A stretch of DNA of 64,000 bases, from NCBI GenBank assembly GCA_037146775.1, contig JBAWWL010000001.1:133464-197463 (forward strand), given 5' to 3'. The position numbers were made by a program, and so were the translations under genes. The notes below the pieces were generated by a model. The model was not told the origin of the DNA. It did no database searches and saw nothing but the letters and a program-made list of their open reading frames with translations. Below are positions 9,440 through 19,544 of this stretch, piece by piece (within the stretch, counting starts at the first letter, position 1; each line of letters starts with the position of its first letter). This DNA comes from Candidatus Omnitrophota bacterium. GTDB lineage: Bacteria > Omnitrophota > Gorgyraeia > Duberdicusellales > 4484-171.

Positions 9440-11353
9440 ATGATTACACTCCAGGGTATTTCAAAAAGTTATGGTGCGAGAATCCTTTTTAAGGATATAT
9501 CGTTAACTATCGGCCGCGGCGAAAAAGTTGCTCTTATCGGGCCTAACGGTGCGGGTAAGTCGACATTGTTTCATATCATACTGAATGACCTATCGCCATC
9601 CGACGGAACCATCCAAATGAACAAAAACCTGCGTATCGGTTATTTGCCGCAGGAATCCAGCTTCCAGTCCGATCGTACGGTTTTAGGGGAAATTATGGAG
9701 GGCGATCCTGCGATTATCAAATTAAAGAAAGAGAAGGATGAATTGGAGGCGCGTAATGAAACGGCGACGCGGCATTACGGCGATATCCAGCATAGGCTTG
9801 AGGCGTTAGGTTTTTTCGAGCTTGAATATAAAGGCAAGCAGGTATTAAGTGGCCTCGGTTTTAAAGAGAGAGATTTTGTCAGACCGATACAGCAAATGAG
9901 CGGTGGTTGGCAGATGCGAGTGCTTTTGGGCAAGCTTCTCACTTGCCATTACGACTTGCTTCTTTTGGATGAGCCCACTAACTATCTTGATTTGAATGCG
10001 GCTGTGTGGTTTAAGGATTATCTTGCGAATTACAAAGGTACTTTTGTGATGATTTCGCACGATAAGGTATTTTTAAATGAAGTGACAAACTACTCGTTGA
10101 TTTTAGAAAACGGCATGCTTGCGAAAATTAAAGGTAACTATGATGATTACGATAAATTGAGGCAGGAGCGTAAAGAGTATCTCTCGAGGCAGTTCAGACA
10201 GCAGGAAAAAACCGTAGAACAATACCAGCGTTTTATCGACCGTTTTCACGCACAGCCCAACAAGGCTTCTCAGGTACGCGCAAAAAAGAAGATGCTGGAG
10301 CGAATGGAAAAAGTAACGGTTCCCAGTGACCCCAGGGAGAGTATCCGTAAGTTTCATTTTCCTCTTACCACGGAAAGTGGGTATCGGGTTGTTGCGCTTG
10401 AAGCGGCGGCAAAGGCATACGGCGATATTCAGGTGTATCAAGGGTTGGATTTCGAAATTATTAAGGGAGAAAAGGCGGTATTAGCCGGCGAGAACGGTGC
10501 AGGTAAGTCAACCTTGCTAAAAATATTGGCCGGAGTGGTTTCTCTCGATAGTGGACAACTTAAACTGGGGCATAATGTTCAAACCGGCTATTTTTCTCAG
10601 ACGCGTACGGATGTATTATGCCCTGAACGCACGGTTATGGAAGAGGCTTTTTCTGTCGCCCAAGAACGCATGACCTCCGAAACATTGCGTACGATTCTGG
10701 CGGCCTTCCTATTCACCGGGGACGATATCGAAAAGAAGGTGAGTATTCTTTCTGGCGGAGAAAAAAGCCGTCTTATATTGGCGAAATTACTTATCAATCC
10801 CCCGAATTGTCTTCTTTTGGACGAACCGACGACACATCTTGACGTAGATGCGGTTGAGGCGCTCATTAAAGCTTTGCAGGAGTATAAAGGTACGGTTGTT
10901 TTTATCAGCCATGATATTTATTTTGTAAAATCTATCGCCAACAATGTTTTTGAAGTCAAAAATGGCCATGTTACCAAGTTTCCCGGAAACTTCGATTATT
11001 ATTTACACAAAAAAGCAAAAGACGAAATGAACCTTGGGGCTTCTCACACAACAACGCACGTCTCCGCACGCACAAAAAGTAATGTAGCGGCAGAAGCACC
11101 CAGCGTAGAAGGAATGGGCAGTGAAGAGCGGAACAAATTTCATAATGCCGCTATTTCCAAGCAAATAAAAAAATTACGCAAGCAAAAAGAAAAACTTGAA
11201 ACTGAGCGCTATGCAAAAAGCCGTATTACTTCAAATCCGCGCCACGGTGAGGAAATTATTCGTTATTATAGCGGTATTATCGAAGATCTAGACAAGCAAA
11301 TAAATGAGATAGAGGGACAGATAAGCGAACTTAAAAAGAAATTTATCGAATAA
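9440..11353 (+). CDS. ABC-F family ribosome-associated ATPase
   Basis: Two NBDs (GPNGAGKST/SGGWQMR/LDEPTNYLD and GENGAGKST/SGGEKSR/LDEPTTHLD), no TM segments, C-terminal coiled coil. Confidence 0.92.
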   Translation: MITLQGISKSYGARILFKDISLTIGRGEKVALIGPNGAGKSTLFHIILNDLSPSDGTIQMNKNLRIGYLPQESSFQSDRTVLGEIMEGDPAIIKLKKEKDELEARNETATRHYGDIQHRLEALGFFELEYKGKQVLSGLGFKERDFVRPIQQMSGGWQMRVLLGKLLTCHYDLLLLDEPTNYLDLNAAVWFKDYLANYKGTFVMISHDKVFLNEVTNYSLILENGMLAKIKGNYDDYDKLRQERKEYLSRQFRQQEKTVEQYQRFIDRFHAQPNKASQVRAKKKMLERMEKVTVPSDPRESIRKFHFPLTTESGYRVVALEAAAKAYGDIQVYQGLDFEIIKGEKAVLAGENGAGKSTLLKILAGVVSLDSGQLKLGHNVQTGYFSQTRTDVLCPERTVMEEAFSVAQERMTSETLRTILAAFLFTGDDIEKKVSILSGGEKSRLILAKLLINPPNCLLLDEPTTHLDVDAVEALIKALQEYKGTVVFISHDIYFVKSIANNVFEVKNGHVTKFPGNFDYYLHKKAKDEMNLGASHTTTHVSARTKSNVAAEAPSVEGMGSEERNKFHNAAISKQIKKLRKQKEKLETERYAKSRITSNPRHGEEIIRYYSGIIEDLDKQINEIEGQISELKKKFIE

Positions 11354-11372
11354 GTAACCCGGAGGTAATGGT

Positions 11373-12617
11373 ATGAATATGTATCTTGCGTTCATTCTCT
11401 TTATTCTTCTAGTTGAGTACGTACTTACTCTTATAGTTGAGGTGCTAAATGTAAAACACGCATCGCCGACATTGCCAGAAGAATTCGCTGGAGTTTATGA
11501 CGCAGGGAAATATAGTGAGTCCCAAAATTACCTAAAAGACACAACGCGTTTTTCTCTTATACGAGAAACAGTCGTTACCTTGGTTACGGTGAGCTTCATT
11601 TTGGCCGGAGGCTTTAACTTGGTCGATCAATTTGCCCGCCGGCTTGTCCATGGGCCTATTCCCACGGGTTTGATTTTTTCCGGCATACTGACTTTAGTTT
11701 CATACCTTTTGGGGCTTCCTTTTAGCGTATATCGCACGTTTGTGATAGAAGCTAAATATGGCTTTAATAAAACTACCGTAAAAACTTTTGTGAGCGATAT
11801 TATTAAGAGTTTGCTGCTGGGTGGGCTTATTGGCAGTATATTGATGACAGGTATCATCTGGTTTTTTCTAAGAGCAGGTAGTTTTGCTTGGGCTTATTGC
11901 TGGCTGGCCGTAATGGCATTCCAGTTATTTTTAGCATTCATTGCTCCGGTGGTAATTTTACCGCTTTTTAATAAATTTATTCCCCTGGAAGAGGGAGAGC
12001 TGAAAACTGCCATCGAGACATACGCTCGATCTCAGCGGTTTGCTTTACGGGGTATTTTTAAAATGGACGCTTCACGTCGTTCTACCAAATCAAACGCGTT
12101 TTTTGTCGGTTTCGGCAGGTTCAGAAGAATTGCCCTGTTCGATACGCTCATCCAGAAACACACGACTTCTGAACTCGTGTCGGTACTTGCTCATGAAATC
12201 GGTCATTATAAGAAAAAACATTTTATTAAAGCTTTGGCCCTGTCCTTTATAACGACGGGTCTCATGTTCTTTGTTCTCCAATTTTTTCTCAATAACCAAA
12301 AGCTGTTCGATGCTTTCAGAATGCAATATATCTCAATTTACGGCAGTATCGTATTCTTTAGTTTCCTTTACAGCCCCATCAATATGATTCTTGCGATCCT
12401 GCATAATATTATGTCGCGTCATCACGAATATGAAGCGGATGCTTTTACGATCTCTACCTATCAACAGCCCGAGGCCTTTATTTCGGCTCTTAAGAAGCTG
12501 AGTGTGGCTAATTTTTCTAATCTTACCCCTCATCCCTTGAAAGTGTTTCTTGACTATACCCACCCGCCAGTTTTAAAAAGGATAGAAGCAATTAGAGAAA
12601 AGAAAACAGATGTTTAA
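11373..12617 (+). CDS. M48 family (Ste24/CAAX-like) membrane zinc metalloprotease
   Basis: IEAKYGFNK, NAFFVG, HEIGH, EYEADAF, THPP; multiple TM segments. Confidence 0.9.
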   Translation: MNMYLAFILFILLVEYVLTLIVEVLNVKHASPTLPEEFAGVYDAGKYSESQNYLKDTTRFSLIRETVVTLVTVSFILAGGFNLVDQFARRLVHGPIPTGLIFSGILTLVSYLLGLPFSVYRTFVIEAKYGFNKTTVKTFVSDIIKSLLLGGLIGSILMTGIIWFFLRAGSFAWAYCWLAVMAFQLFLAFIAPVVILPLFNKFIPLEEGELKTAIETYARSQRFALRGIFKMDASRRSTKSNAFFVGFGRFRRIALFDTLIQKHTTSELVSVLAHEIGHYKKKHFIKALALSFITTGLMFFVLQFFLNNQKLFDAFRMQYISIYGSIVFFSFLYSPINMILAILHNIMSRHHEYEADAFTISTYQQPEAFISALKKLSVANFSNLTPHPLKVFLDYTHPPVLKRIEAIREKKTDV

Positions 12618-13182
12618 AAGAATACTGGTGCTTTCAGCCAGCCCAAAGAAAGACGGCAACACGGAAATCTTGGTTAAATGGTTTATCGAGGGTGCACACT
12701 CGAAAGGCGCAAGAGTTGAACTTGTCCGTACTGCTTTCCTAAAATATAAAACTATAGGCTGCACTTCTTGCCGGTCTTGCCAGAAATTGGCAGAATATAC
12801 ATGTGTTATCAACGATGAGGCTAAGCCGGTTTTAGCAAAAATGGCAAAAGTGGATGTGATAGTTATGGCCACACCGTTATATTTTTTCTCTGCCAGTACA
12901 CAATTAAAAATTATCTTTGACCGTATGTTCTCGCTTTATAAATGGGATAATGCCGCCGGGACGATGCAAACCGTCCTCAAAGGAAAAACACTAGTCTTAA
13001 TTGCCAGTGCCTTTGAAGACGTGGGGCTAGATGCGCTTAAAAAACCTTTTGCTTTAACTGCCGCTTACACCGGCATGAAACTCAAGTCTTTACTTATTCC
13101 TAATGCCGGTATATCCGGAGAGATAGCAAAGAATAAAGGTGTCCGCGAAAAAGCAGTAAAACTAGGAAAGAGCGTAGCGTAA
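12610..13182 (+). CDS. Iron-sulfur flavoprotein / flavodoxin-fold NAD(P)H-dependent FMN reductase
   Basis: SASPKKDGNT, CxxCxxCx7C, ATPLYF. Confidence 0.82.
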   Translation: MFKRILVLSASPKKDGNTEILVKWFIEGAHSKGARVELVRTAFLKYKTIGCTSCRSCQKLAEYTCVINDEAKPVLAKMAKVDVIVMATPLYFFSASTQLKIIFDRMFSLYKWDNAAGTMQTVLKGKTLVLIASAFEDVGLDALKKPFALTAAYTGMKLKSLLIPNAGISGEIAKNKGVREKAVKLGKSVA

Positions 13183-13213
13183 ATTATAATTCAGCATGCC
13201 GGGCCACATTTTC

Positions 13214-13241
13214 TTGACAAGCTTAAGTTTTGCGGTAAAAT
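13214..13241 (+). promoter_or_regulatory. sigma70-type promoter
   Basis: TTGACA-16 nt-TAAAAT upstream of the hairpin leader of the radical SAM gene. Confidence 0.6.
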
Positions 13242-13301
13242 TAAAATACAATCAGGCAAAAGTCCCGCGTTTGAAGGACTAAATCCCGGACTATAATAAA
13301 G

Positions 13302-13472
13302 TAAAACCTTCGTAAGATAGAGTATGATCAAGCGAAGGTTTTTTCATTTTATAAAGTTGAGCTTCCTTAGCCTATACGATAAGGATGCGAAATCCTCCGT
13401 AGCCTCGGCAAAGGAGGATAAAACCTTCGTAAGATCGCGTATGGTCAAGCGAAGGTTTTTCTATTTTTATAA
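13302..13472 (+). repeat. Two ~52-nt imperfect direct repeats, each a terminator-like hairpin
   Basis: aaaaccttcg-taagatagagtatgatcaag-cgaaggtttt at 13303 and aaaaccttcg-taagatcgcgtatggtcaag-cgaaggtttt at 13420. Confidence 0.85.
13392..13419. repeat. Small REP-like palindrome
   Basis: atcctcc-gtagcctcggcaaa-ggaggat. Confidence 0.55.
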
Positions 13473-13481
13473 GGCATTACA

Positions 13482-14621
13482 ATGATACTAATAAAGAAAA
13501 CCCCAGATATTACCGAAAAACTTAACATTTTGTCGCGCGATTCCCGCTATGACTTGGCTTGTGCCTGCGCGACGCGCGAAGATGAACACCGGAAGCGTTC
13601 AAAAGAAGACAAATGGATATACCCGGTAAGTTTACCTGCCGGCGGCACTACTTTTATTTTTAAAACTTTGCTTTCCAATGAATGTGTGAACAACTGCAAA
13701 TATTGTCCGCTAAGAGCAGGCATGGGGGCGAGGCATTGCTCGCTTAGTCCCGAAGAATTAAGCAAAACTTTCTTTTCCTATTATAAAGAGCGCCGGGTGA
13801 GCGGGCTTTTTCTAAGCAGTGGGGTTACCATTAGTCCCGATATCACCATGGAGCGCATTAACCGTGTAGCGCTGATTTTACGCAGAATGCAATTTAGAGG
13901 CTATATCCACTTAAAAATTATTCCCGGCTCGTCCGACGCGGCAATTCGACAAAGCCTTGCTTTAGCCAGTGCCGTATCTTTAAATATAGAAACTGCCGGC
14001 GAGGATAACTTTAAACATTTGAGCACCACAAAGAATTATCTTGGCGATATCATCCGGCCAATACAGCTGATCAGCCGGTTGACCGCCAGAGGTTCTGTAT
14101 ATAGCGGAGTTAAGCAAACTACTCAATTTGTGGTTGGCGCATCCAAGGAGACCGATAAAGAAATCGTTGATTATTCTTGGAAATTATATAAAGAATTACG
14201 TTTAAATCGCGTTTATTTTAGTGCTTACCAGCGTGGCGCAGGTTCCGAAGAGCTGCCCGGCGAACATTCTCAATATACCAACCATCAGTTGCTTACGCGT
14301 GAGCACCGCCTGTATCAGGCGGATTGGCTTATCCGTAAATACGGCTTTAAGGCGGAGGAAATTCCTTTTGAAGCCGGCGGTAATCTTTTTTTGGAAACGG
14401 ACCCCAAGGAAAGATGGGCGAAGTTTCATCCGGAATTTTTTCCTGTGAATATCAACAAAGCCGATATATATAGTCTTTTGCGTGTTCCCGGCATAGGCCA
14501 GATAATGGCTGAGCGAATATTTAATTTTCGTAAAAACGGCGTAAAAATCCACGCCTTAAGTGATTTGGGAAGGCTGACCAAAGTGTTAAGAAAAGCGGAA
14601 AAATACGTAATTTTTCAATAA
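13482..14621 (+). CDS. Putative DNA modification/repair radical SAM protein with C-terminal helix-hairpin-helix
   Basis: YDLAC, CVNNCKYC, GYIHLKIIPG, REHRLYQADWL, LLRVPGIG. Confidence 0.88.
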   Translation: MILIKKTPDITEKLNILSRDSRYDLACACATREDEHRKRSKEDKWIYPVSLPAGGTTFIFKTLLSNECVNNCKYCPLRAGMGARHCSLSPEELSKTFFSYYKERRVSGLFLSSGVTISPDITMERINRVALILRRMQFRGYIHLKIIPGSSDAAIRQSLALASAVSLNIETAGEDNFKHLSTTKNYLGDIIRPIQLISRLTARGSVYSGVKQTTQFVVGASKETDKEIVDYSWKLYKELRLNRVYFSAYQRGAGSEELPGEHSQYTNHQLLTREHRLYQADWLIRKYGFKAEEIPFEAGGNLFLETDPKERWAKFHPEFFPVNINKADIYSLLRVPGIGQIMAERIFNFRKNGVKIHALSDLGRLTKVLRKAEKYVIFQ

Positions 14622-14671
14622 GTATAGCATTGTTTGCGCGTGTAGTATATCCGCACGCTTCAAAACCGTAT

Positions 14672-14696
14672 CCCACCCCCGGGGTGGGCTTTGGGT
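14672..14696. repeat. REP-like palindrome, left flank of RAYT
   Basis: cccacccc-c-ggggtggg followed by ctttgggt; identical 25 nt at 15381. Confidence 0.85.
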
Positions 14697-14720
14697 TGAG
14701 AAGAGAACGCGATTTGCATT

Positions 14721-15374
14721 ATGCGAAGAAATTTATTAGTTGTTGATAGCGTTTATCATGTATTTACCCGTAGTATCGCGGAGTTTAGGATATTTAACAA
14801 TGAAAATGAGTTCCTAAGAATGCTAGAGGCGATTCGCTATTATCAGCGAGAAAAACCTGAAATAAAATTTTCTAAATTTATACATTTGGAAGAAGGATCA
14901 CAACGTAACAAAAAAGAATCTTTTTCCGGCAAAGAAAAACTGATTGAAATAATAGCCTATTGTCTTATGCCCACGCATGTGCATTTAATCTTGAGACAAT
15001 TAAAAGAAAACGGTATATCGGTATTTATGGGCAATATTTTGAATAGTTACTCAAAGTATTTCAATACTAAGCACAAGAGGAAAGGGCCGTTGTGGGAAAC
15101 GCGTTTTAAGAGCGTTTTGGTGGAGTCCGACGAATATCTAATCCATTTAACCCGCTACATTCATTTAAATCCTACTACCGCTATGCTTATAGATAGGCCA
15201 GAAAATTGGAAATTTTCTTCATATCAAGAGTATCTGTCGCAAGCGAATGAAGATAAAATGTGTCGATATGATGATCTGCTGAATATAATTCCTCATTCTT
15301 ACAAGGAGTTTGTGGAAGACAGGATTGCATATCAGCAAGAATTGGAAAAAATTAGAAACTTTTTGCTTGAATAA
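14721..15374 (+). mobile_element. REP-associated tyrosine transposase (RAYT, IS200/Y1 HUH family)
   Basis: YHVFTR, AYCLMPTHVHL (HUH), GPLWETRFKS, RYIHLNP, W.FSSY; flanked by identical GC-rich palindromes. Confidence 0.88.
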
Positions 15375-15405
15375 CCAAAGCCCACCCCCGGGGTGGGCTT
15401 TGGGT
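15375..15405. repeat. REP-like palindrome, right flank of RAYT
   Basis: ccaaagcccacccc-c-ggggtgggctttgg, a perfect 14-bp inverted repeat directly after the stop. Confidence 0.85.
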
Positions 15406-15518
15406 GGGTCTGCGATAAAGCTATTGCGGATGATTTTTATTTAGGTATAATCGTAATACATGAATAGTAAGCAAGGAAAAACGGTTCAGCGGGCGCCAAA
15501 AATCCTATAGGGAGGCAT

Positions 15519-15911
15519 ATGAAGAAAATATTTTTTGTGTTGCTACTTACTTTGTGTATTGGTTGCAGTGGCGTTCAGATACGTCGCGTATTTTTTGGTT
15601 TATCAAAAAACGACGCGCAAACCATTGATTCTAAAATCAGCCAAATAGTCACGATCGCTCCGGGCGATTGCTATAACAGCATTTTGGATATTTTTAAACA
15701 GATGGGGGTTTGTGTCTTGAAACAGGATGAAAAGAATCGTTTTATTGTCGGGAGTAATTTTAAAAATGAGCCGCCCACCACCGCTTCAACCGAAGTGGGT
15801 ATATTGATTGAAGAAATTGAGGCTGGAAAGTGCAAGGTAAGTGTGTTTAGCGAAAGTCGGACTTTAGCTGAATATGCTGCAAAAAATATTTTTGAAAAAT
15901 TAAAAAAATAA
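15519..15911 (+). CDS. Hypothetical lipoprotein
   Basis: MKK plus hydrophobic core plus lipobox-like CIGC; SD GGAGG. Confidence 0.65.
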   Translation: MKKIFFVLLLTLCIGCSGVQIRRVFFGLSKNDAQTIDSKISQIVTIAPGDCYNSILDIFKQMGVCVLKQDEKNRFIVGSNFKNEPPTTASTEVGILIEEIEAGKCKVSVFSESRTLAEYAAKNIFEKLKK

Positions 15912-16115
15912 TAAATCCAAACGCCGCCTGTCTCATCCGCTCAAGCATTTATCTAGATATGTTCCCGTCCACTTGCCAAGGTTGCACTGGTATGCATATC
16001 AAAAGGTCGGGAATCGGCTGTTAACGGTTGATAATCGAGTATTTACAGCTATAAAAATAATAGTTGCTTTATTTGTTTTTTTTATTATAATAGCTTTTCT
16101 TTAAGGTGGTATATT

Positions 16116-16175
16116 TTGAGGCTGCCAAAAGCAACCCGCCCCGGTAGGTTTTACTTAAAACCAGTAAAAACTTAG
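16116..16175 (+). other. Possible 19-aa upstream ORF (leader peptide) before fusA
   Basis: AAGGTGGT-5 nt-TTG, translating MRLPKATRPGRFYLKPVKT*; lies downstream of TTGCTT-16 nt-TATAAT (16064-16091). Confidence 0.3.
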
Positions 16176-16287
16176 GCATAACGGGAAAAAGCTAAGGCTA
16201 ATACGAAAAAGGCTGAGGCTCGGGTCAAGATTTAAGATTGCAAGATATTACTTAACTCTGGCTTATATTAAGTAAGGAGAAAGAAGA

Positions 16288-18390
16288 ATGCCTCGCTTAG
16301 TAGCATTGGAAAAACAAAGAAATATAGGGATCATGGCGCACATTGATGCCGGGAAGACTACGCTTACCGAGAGGATCCTTTTCTATACCGGCCGTTCGCA
16401 TAAGCTGGGAGAGGTCCACGATGGTGAGGCAACCATGGATTGGATGAAGCAGGAGCGCGAACGAGGTATTACTATCACCGCCGCAGCCACTACGTGTTCT
16501 TGGAATGATTGCCGGATTAATGTTATTGATACTCCGGGCCACGTTGATTTTACGGTAGAAGTTGAAAGAAGTTTGCGGATTCTCGACGGTGCTATCGCAG
16601 TTTTTTGTGCGGTAGGCGGGGTAGAGCCGCAGTCCGAAGCAGTGTGGCGGCAATCAGAAAAATATAATGTGCCTAAAATTGCCTTTGTTAATAAAATGGA
16701 CCGCGTAGGAGCGGATTTCTTCGATGTGTTAAAAGCAATAGAAAGAGATTTAGGCGCTAATGCTATACCTATGCAGATTCCCGTGGGGGCGGAAGATAAT
16801 TTCCGCGGAATTGTTGATCTCTTGGAAATGAAGGCCTATATTTTTAGCGAAGAAGCCTCTGTTTTGAACGGCTTTAGCGTTGAAGAGATTCCTCAGGAAT
16901 TATTAGAAATTTCGCAGAAGTATCATCATGTTATGGTCGAGAAGGCGGTTGAGTTGGAAGACAGCCTTATGGAAAAATATTTGGAATCGGAAACAAAGAT
17001 TACCCGCGAAGAACTTATCCGTGCCATCCGTAAGGGGACTATCGCGAATAAAGTTGTTCCCGTATTGTGCGGTTCTGCTTTTAAAAATAAAGGCGTACGT
17101 AGACTTCTTGACGCCGTTACCTTATACTTACCTTCTCCGCAAGACCTTCCCGCAGTTAAGGGAACAGAGTTTTCTGATTCGCAGAAAACAATTGAAAGAA
17201 AAGCTGACGATAACGAATTTTTTTCCGCTTTGGCTTTTAAAGTCCAGGCAGACCCGCATATGGGCAAACTTGTGTATTTTCGGGTTTATTCAGGAAAGCT
17301 TAGTGCAGGTTCTTATATACTTAATGCCACCAAAGATAGGCGGGAGAGGATAAGTAGAATTTTGCAAATGCATGCGAACGAGAGAGAAAATAAAGAAGAT
17401 ATTTGTGCGGGTGATATTGGAGCTGCCATAGGCCTTGAGCATACGGTGACAGGCGATACTTTGTGTGATCCGGAACACCCTATTGTGCTGGAAGCGATCG
17501 AATTTCCTTCACCGGTAGTTTCTATCAGCGTTAAGCCGGGTAGTCGCGCGGAGCAAGACAAACTCAGTAAAGGCCTTATGAAGCTTTCCGAAGAAGACCC
17601 GACTTTTACCGTACATGTTGACGAAGAAACCGAAGAAACGATTCTTTCCGGAATGGGAGAATTGCATTTAGAAATTATTGTGGACAGGTTAAAGCATGAA
17701 TTTAGTGTCGAGGCGATTGTGGGTAAACCCAGGGTAGCCTATAAAGAAACAATATTGGTTAACGCGGAAGCTAACTATAAACACATAAAACAAACCGGCG
17801 GTCGCGGCCAGTACGGGCATGTAAAACTTGAGATTTTTCCTACCCAACCCGGACAAGGTTTTGAATTTGAGAATAATATTTTCGGCGGCGCTATCCCCAA
17901 GGAATACATTCCCGCAATAGAAAAAGGCGTCATTTCAGCTTTACAGAAAGGAGCATTAGCCGGTTATCCCGTGGTTGACATAAAGGTAAGCCTTGTGGAT
18001 GGTTCTTATCATGACGTTGATTCTTCGGAAATAGCTTTTAAGATCGCCGCTATCGAGTGTTTCAAGGAGGCGTTCAGAAAAGCCAGCCCCATATTGCTTG
18101 AGCCCTACATGTCTTTAGAGGTGGTTACGCCGGAAGAATATGTGGGTAACGTAGTGGGGAATATCTGCGCACGCAGAGGAAAAGTGTTAGGCATAGAAGC
18201 TAAGCCAAGCCAGCAAATAATTTCCGCGGAAGCTCCTCTTTCGGAAATGTTCGGGTATGCTACGACTTTACGTTCTTTATCTAGCGGCCGAGCTACTTAC
18301 TCCATGCATTTTGAAAAATATATGGAAGTCCCTGCCGCGATTTCCGAAAAAGTTATCGAAGAGACGAAAGAGCGAGAGGCCAATAAATAG
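16288..18390 (+). CDS. fusA: Elongation factor G (outside the str operon)
   Basis: [47 protein letters not shown]. Confidence 0.97.
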   Translation: MPRLVALEKQRNIGIMAHIDAGKTTLTERILFYTGRSHKLGEVHDGEATMDWMKQERERGITITAAATTCSWNDCRINVIDTPGHVDFTVEVERSLRILDGAIAVFCAVGGVEPQSEAVWRQSEKYNVPKIAFVNKMDRVGADFFDVLKAIERDLGANAIPMQIPVGAEDNFRGIVDLLEMKAYIFSEEASVLNGFSVEEIPQELLEISQKYHHVMVEKAVELEDSLMEKYLESETKITREELIRAIRKGTIANKVVPVLCGSAFKNKGVRRLLDAVTLYLPSPQDLPAVKGTEFSDSQKTIERKADDNEFFSALAFKVQADPHMGKLVYFRVYSGKLSAGSYILNATKDRRERISRILQMHANERENKEDICAGDIGAAIGLEHTVTGDTLCDPEHPIVLEAIEFPSPVVSISVKPGSRAEQDKLSKGLMKLSEEDPTFTVHVDEETEETILSGMGELHLEIIVDRLKHEFSVEAIVGKPRVAYKETILVNAEANYKHIKQTGGRGQYGHVKLEIFPTQPGQGFEFENNIFGGAIPKEYIPAIEKGVISALQKGALAGYPVVDIKVSLVDGSYHDVDSSEIAFKIAAIECFKEAFRKASPILLEPYMSLEVVTPEEYVGNVVGNICARRGKVLGIEAKPSQQIISAEAPLSEMFGYATTLRSLSSGRATYSMHFEKYMEVPAAISEKVIEETKEREANK

Positions 18391-18501
18391 CGTAAAACCG
18401 GCCAGATCTTTACATACACACCGCACATTTTTTTCATATTCCTGCCTTTTCAACTTTTAAAATTTTCCTTTTTTCTGGCTAATCTTTGATACAATATCCT
18501 T

Positions 18502-19437
18502 ATGTATCCGTGGGATTTATTTTCTCTTTTTATTTTTTTGCTCCTGACGGCGCTGGTATATATAAGCGAAATACGCTTACTGGGGTGGTTTATCTTTTGT
18601 TGCCTTACCCGTCGATGTCGCAAACCGATATTATTCAGCAAGAGAAAAAACATTTTGCACGCAGTAGCCTTTTTGGGCATATTGTGTTTTCTCTATGGCT
18701 ATTTCATTGAACCATATTGGCTCAAAACCAATACTTACCGCATTTCTACTCATAAGCTAAAAAATACTAAAATAAGGATAGTGCATCTTTCAGATATTCA
18801 TTGCGACCAAAAAATAAGAAATGAAAAAAGGGTAGTTGAATTAGTAAACATGTTGAAACCGGATATTATAGTATTTACCGGTGATACTTTGAATACGGAG
18901 CAAGCTTTGCCGGCTTTTAGAAACATGATGTCCGGCCTTAAGGCTTCTATGGCAAAAATTGCCGTACGCGGGAATTTTGATGTGTGGTGGTGGGAAAACT
19001 ATAAAGTCTTTGATCATACCGGTTTTAAGGTTTTGGATAATGAGTGCATACAGTATTTAAAAGAAGGAGAGAAGATATCTTTTATCGGCATACGCTTTGA
19101 TAGCGAAGAGCGATGGAAATACTTTTTGAAAGATCTGGGGGGAGGTTATCGCGTGCTACTTAGCCACACTCCGAATTTAGCGCAAGATGTAAGCGGTACC
19201 GATATTGATCTATATTTATGCGGCCATACTCACGGCGGCCAGGTTGCTTTACCGTTGTATGGCGCACTGATGACCCTTGCCAAGCACGGAAAAAAGTATG
19301 AGGCAGGCTTGTATCGGCTGTCGCAGACAGCGCTTTATGTGCATAGAGGAATAGGGATGGAAGCCGGTTGTGCGCCGCGTGTGCGTTTCTTTTCCCGTCC
19401 GGAAATTGCGGTATTCGACATAGAGCCGGAGCAATAA
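18502..19437 (+). CDS. Membrane-anchored metallophosphoesterase (YkuE/YaeI-like)
   Basis: LSDIH, TGD, GNFD, SHTP, GHTHGGQ; two N-terminal TM segments. Confidence 0.85.
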   Translation: MYPWDLFSLFIFLLLTALVYISEIRLLGWFIFCCLTRRCRKPILFSKRKNILHAVAFLGILCFLYGYFIEPYWLKTNTYRISTHKLKNTKIRIVHLSDIHCDQKIRNEKRVVELVNMLKPDIIVFTGDTLNTEQALPAFRNMMSGLKASMAKIAVRGNFDVWWWENYKVFDHTGFKVLDNECIQYLKEGEKISFIGIRFDSEERWKYFLKDLGGGYRVLLSHTPNLAQDVSGTDIDLYLCGHTHGGQVALPLYGALMTLAKHGKKYEAGLYRLSQTALYVHRGIGMEAGCAPRVRFFSRPEIAVFDIEPEQ

Positions 19438-19544
19438 ACCGGGAAAGTGTCTATAACCTTTGGATCGGCAACAACACTGTATTTTAATTTGCTATTTGTG
19501 ATATAATTTTTTGCTAAAACAATAAAACAGACAACAAAGAAGAG

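Noticed and set aside
13255-13295. c-di-GMP-I riboswitch-like GGCAAA...CCGG
   Set aside because: Lacks the GNRA tetraloop and the GACGCAAA junction.
13302-13472. Possible mini CRISPR array (repeat-spacer-repeat)
   Set aside because: Only two imperfect ~52-nt copies, a structured spacer and no cas genes in the window; treated as a tandem hairpin instead.
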